Positions 62,858 through 64,000 of a DNA stretch of 64,000 nucleotides are shown here, in pieces; position 1 is the stretch's first letter; every line of letters begins with the position of its first letter. Below the pieces are notes generated by a model. It was not told where the DNA came from. It did no database searches and saw nothing but the letters and a program-made list of their open reading frames with translations. A program made the position numbers and the translations under genes. The stretch comes from an uncultured delta proteobacterium (GTDB lineage Bacteria; Desulfobacterota; Binatia; UBA9968), in the NCBI GenBank assembly GCA_963804165.1, contig CAWDPO010000037.1:1-64000 (forward strand), given 5' to 3'.

Positions 62858-63526
62858 CTACGAGTATTCCCGGTAGAGTCCGTCGAACTTGCCGAGCTTG
62901 ATGCGCACCATGTACTGGGCGCTTTCGCGCACCAAGCGCTCTTCGCGAGGCGTCTTGACCATGCGGGCAATCAGCTCCGCGGACTGCGCCGTGTGTTCGA
63001 TGTCAGCGACCATGTGGGTGGTGAAAAATATCAGGTCATGATCGCTGAGTCCGTAATGCTTGCGCCCTGCGTTCAAAAACTCTTCCGAGTAGCGGCACAC
63101 CATGCTTTCGCTGGTCATCGCCGACGCGCGATTTTGCGGTGCGATGCCCGTGAGCGTGTTGTAGACCGTGCGCGCGGAATGAATCTGGCATTCAAAAATC
63201 TGCGTCGCCTCGGTGAAGTCTTCTTCTTTGAGCCCCAAGGCAAGGCCGAAGCGTTTCGCCAGGTCCGGATGGGACTGCTCTTCATTGAGCTGGTAAATGA
63301 AATAATCGAACATCGTCTGGTCCTGAGCGTTTTTCACCATGCCCAAGGCGAACGATTTGAGGATCGCCTTGTTATGCAGATAATGCTGGATCGCCCAACC
63401 TTGCATGCGTTTGATCGAGAGCTTGCCGCTGCGTAATTCGGAAAAGTAAGGCGTCTCCATCAAACGTTGTATGCCGGGTTCGATAACTTCTTTCTTAACT
63501 AAGTCAACTAGCGCTTTGCCGTCCAT
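62858..63526 (-). CDS. Haem-oxygenase-like (TenA/PqqC/CADD) protein
   Basis: AAGGAG before MDGKA; NEEQSH and FFTTHMVADIEH metal-ligand pattern. Confidence 0.8.
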   Translation of the reverse strand: MDGKALVDLVKKEVIEPGIQRLMETPYFSELRSGKLSIKRMQGWAIQHYLHNKAILKSFALGMVKNAQDQTMFDYFIYQLNEEQSHPDLAKRFGLALGLKEEDFTEATQIFECQIHSARTVYNTLTGIAPQNRASAMTSESMVCRYSEEFLNAGRKHYGLSDHDLIFFTTHMVADIEHTAQSAELIARMVKTPREERLVRESAQYMVRIKLGKFDGLYREYS

Positions 63527-63547
63527 TTTTCGCTCCTTCGTCGCTTC

Positions 63548-63607
63548 AGAGTCTAGAGTCCCGAGTCTAGAGCTCGGGGTTGACTGACAACTGAATACTG
63601 ACAACTG
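63548..63607. repeat. Two adjacent heptamer arrays
   Basis: agagtctagagtcccgagtctagag, then actgacaactgaatactgacaactg. Confidence 0.75.
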
Positions 63608-64000
63608 TTACTTTCCCGCGAGTACCTGATCGAGCAGCGTGTAATCCGTCACCGCGGCGACATTGATCGGCGCGGGTATCTGTTTTTGGCTGTACGCCAG
63701 ATCGAAATATTCTTGCATGTCTTTGATGCTGATCTTGCCGTCCGGGGTGAGAATCGATAGCCATTGATCGTACACGGTCTCGGCGGTTTTCGGCTCTAGT
63801 TTCCAGCGATCTTTAATGTAATTGACCACCCAGTTTTTTTCTTTGCGGCAAAAAGCCGTGGCGTCGAGCATGACGCGGATCACGTTTTTAATGCGCGGTG
63901 CATCGCTCTTGAGCTTGGTCTCGTTCACCACGAGCCCACTCGTTGGAAAATGCGTCGGCAATTCATCGGCGGCGCCGATTGACCGAAAACCTTTTTGCGC
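63608..64000 (-). CDS. NMT1/SsuA-type binding protein, C-terminal part
   Basis: Frame open to the window edge; FPTSGLVV..LTPDG..DYTLLDQV tail. Confidence 0.7.
   Translation of the reverse strand, partial: AQKGFRSIGAADELPTHFPTSGLVVNETKLKSDAPRIKNVIRVMLDATAFCRKEKNWVVNYIKDRWKLEPKTAETVYDQWLSILTPDGKISIKDMQEYFDLAYSQKQIPAPINVAAVTDYTLLDQVLAGK

Overview
64 kb of GC-rich bacterial chromosome. The gene content suggests a Candidatus Binatia/Deltaproteobacteria-like organism (inference only). Many otherwise intact genes carry single-base indels, probably long-read errors. Layout: (1) 1-2781 is an IS91-like transposase + tyrosine recombinase element, itself hit by a decayed IS5 with a TTAA duplication. (2) 3707-37122 is a minus-strand accessory island: DUF4410 lipoprotein, HupE/UreJ, PpiC, DUF3604, 8-haem cytochrome/TPR protein broken by IS1182, HAD hydrolase, arylsulfatase, YdiK, EAL, OprB porin, OmpA, an MCE/Mla-PqiC transporter, two response regulators and two PAS histidine kinases. 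Five inferred transcription units in it are each led by the same 20-bp palindrome (TATTGGACYTTRGTCCAATA) at a fixed 21-22 bp from a TAGnnn -10-like box; this is the strongest find. (3) 38-52 kb: AraC, double-length UvrA, QueE, a large transglycosylase/PBP, nitroreductase and a stand-alone DGQHR protein. (4) 52-64 kb: orphan NMT1/SsuA-type binding proteins with amidohydrolases, NYN, GarR, RidA and a haem-oxygenase-like protein. Several families of short palindromes and inverted heptamer/octamer arrays occur throughout, some in-frame inside genes. No rRNA, tRNA or CRISPR array was seen.
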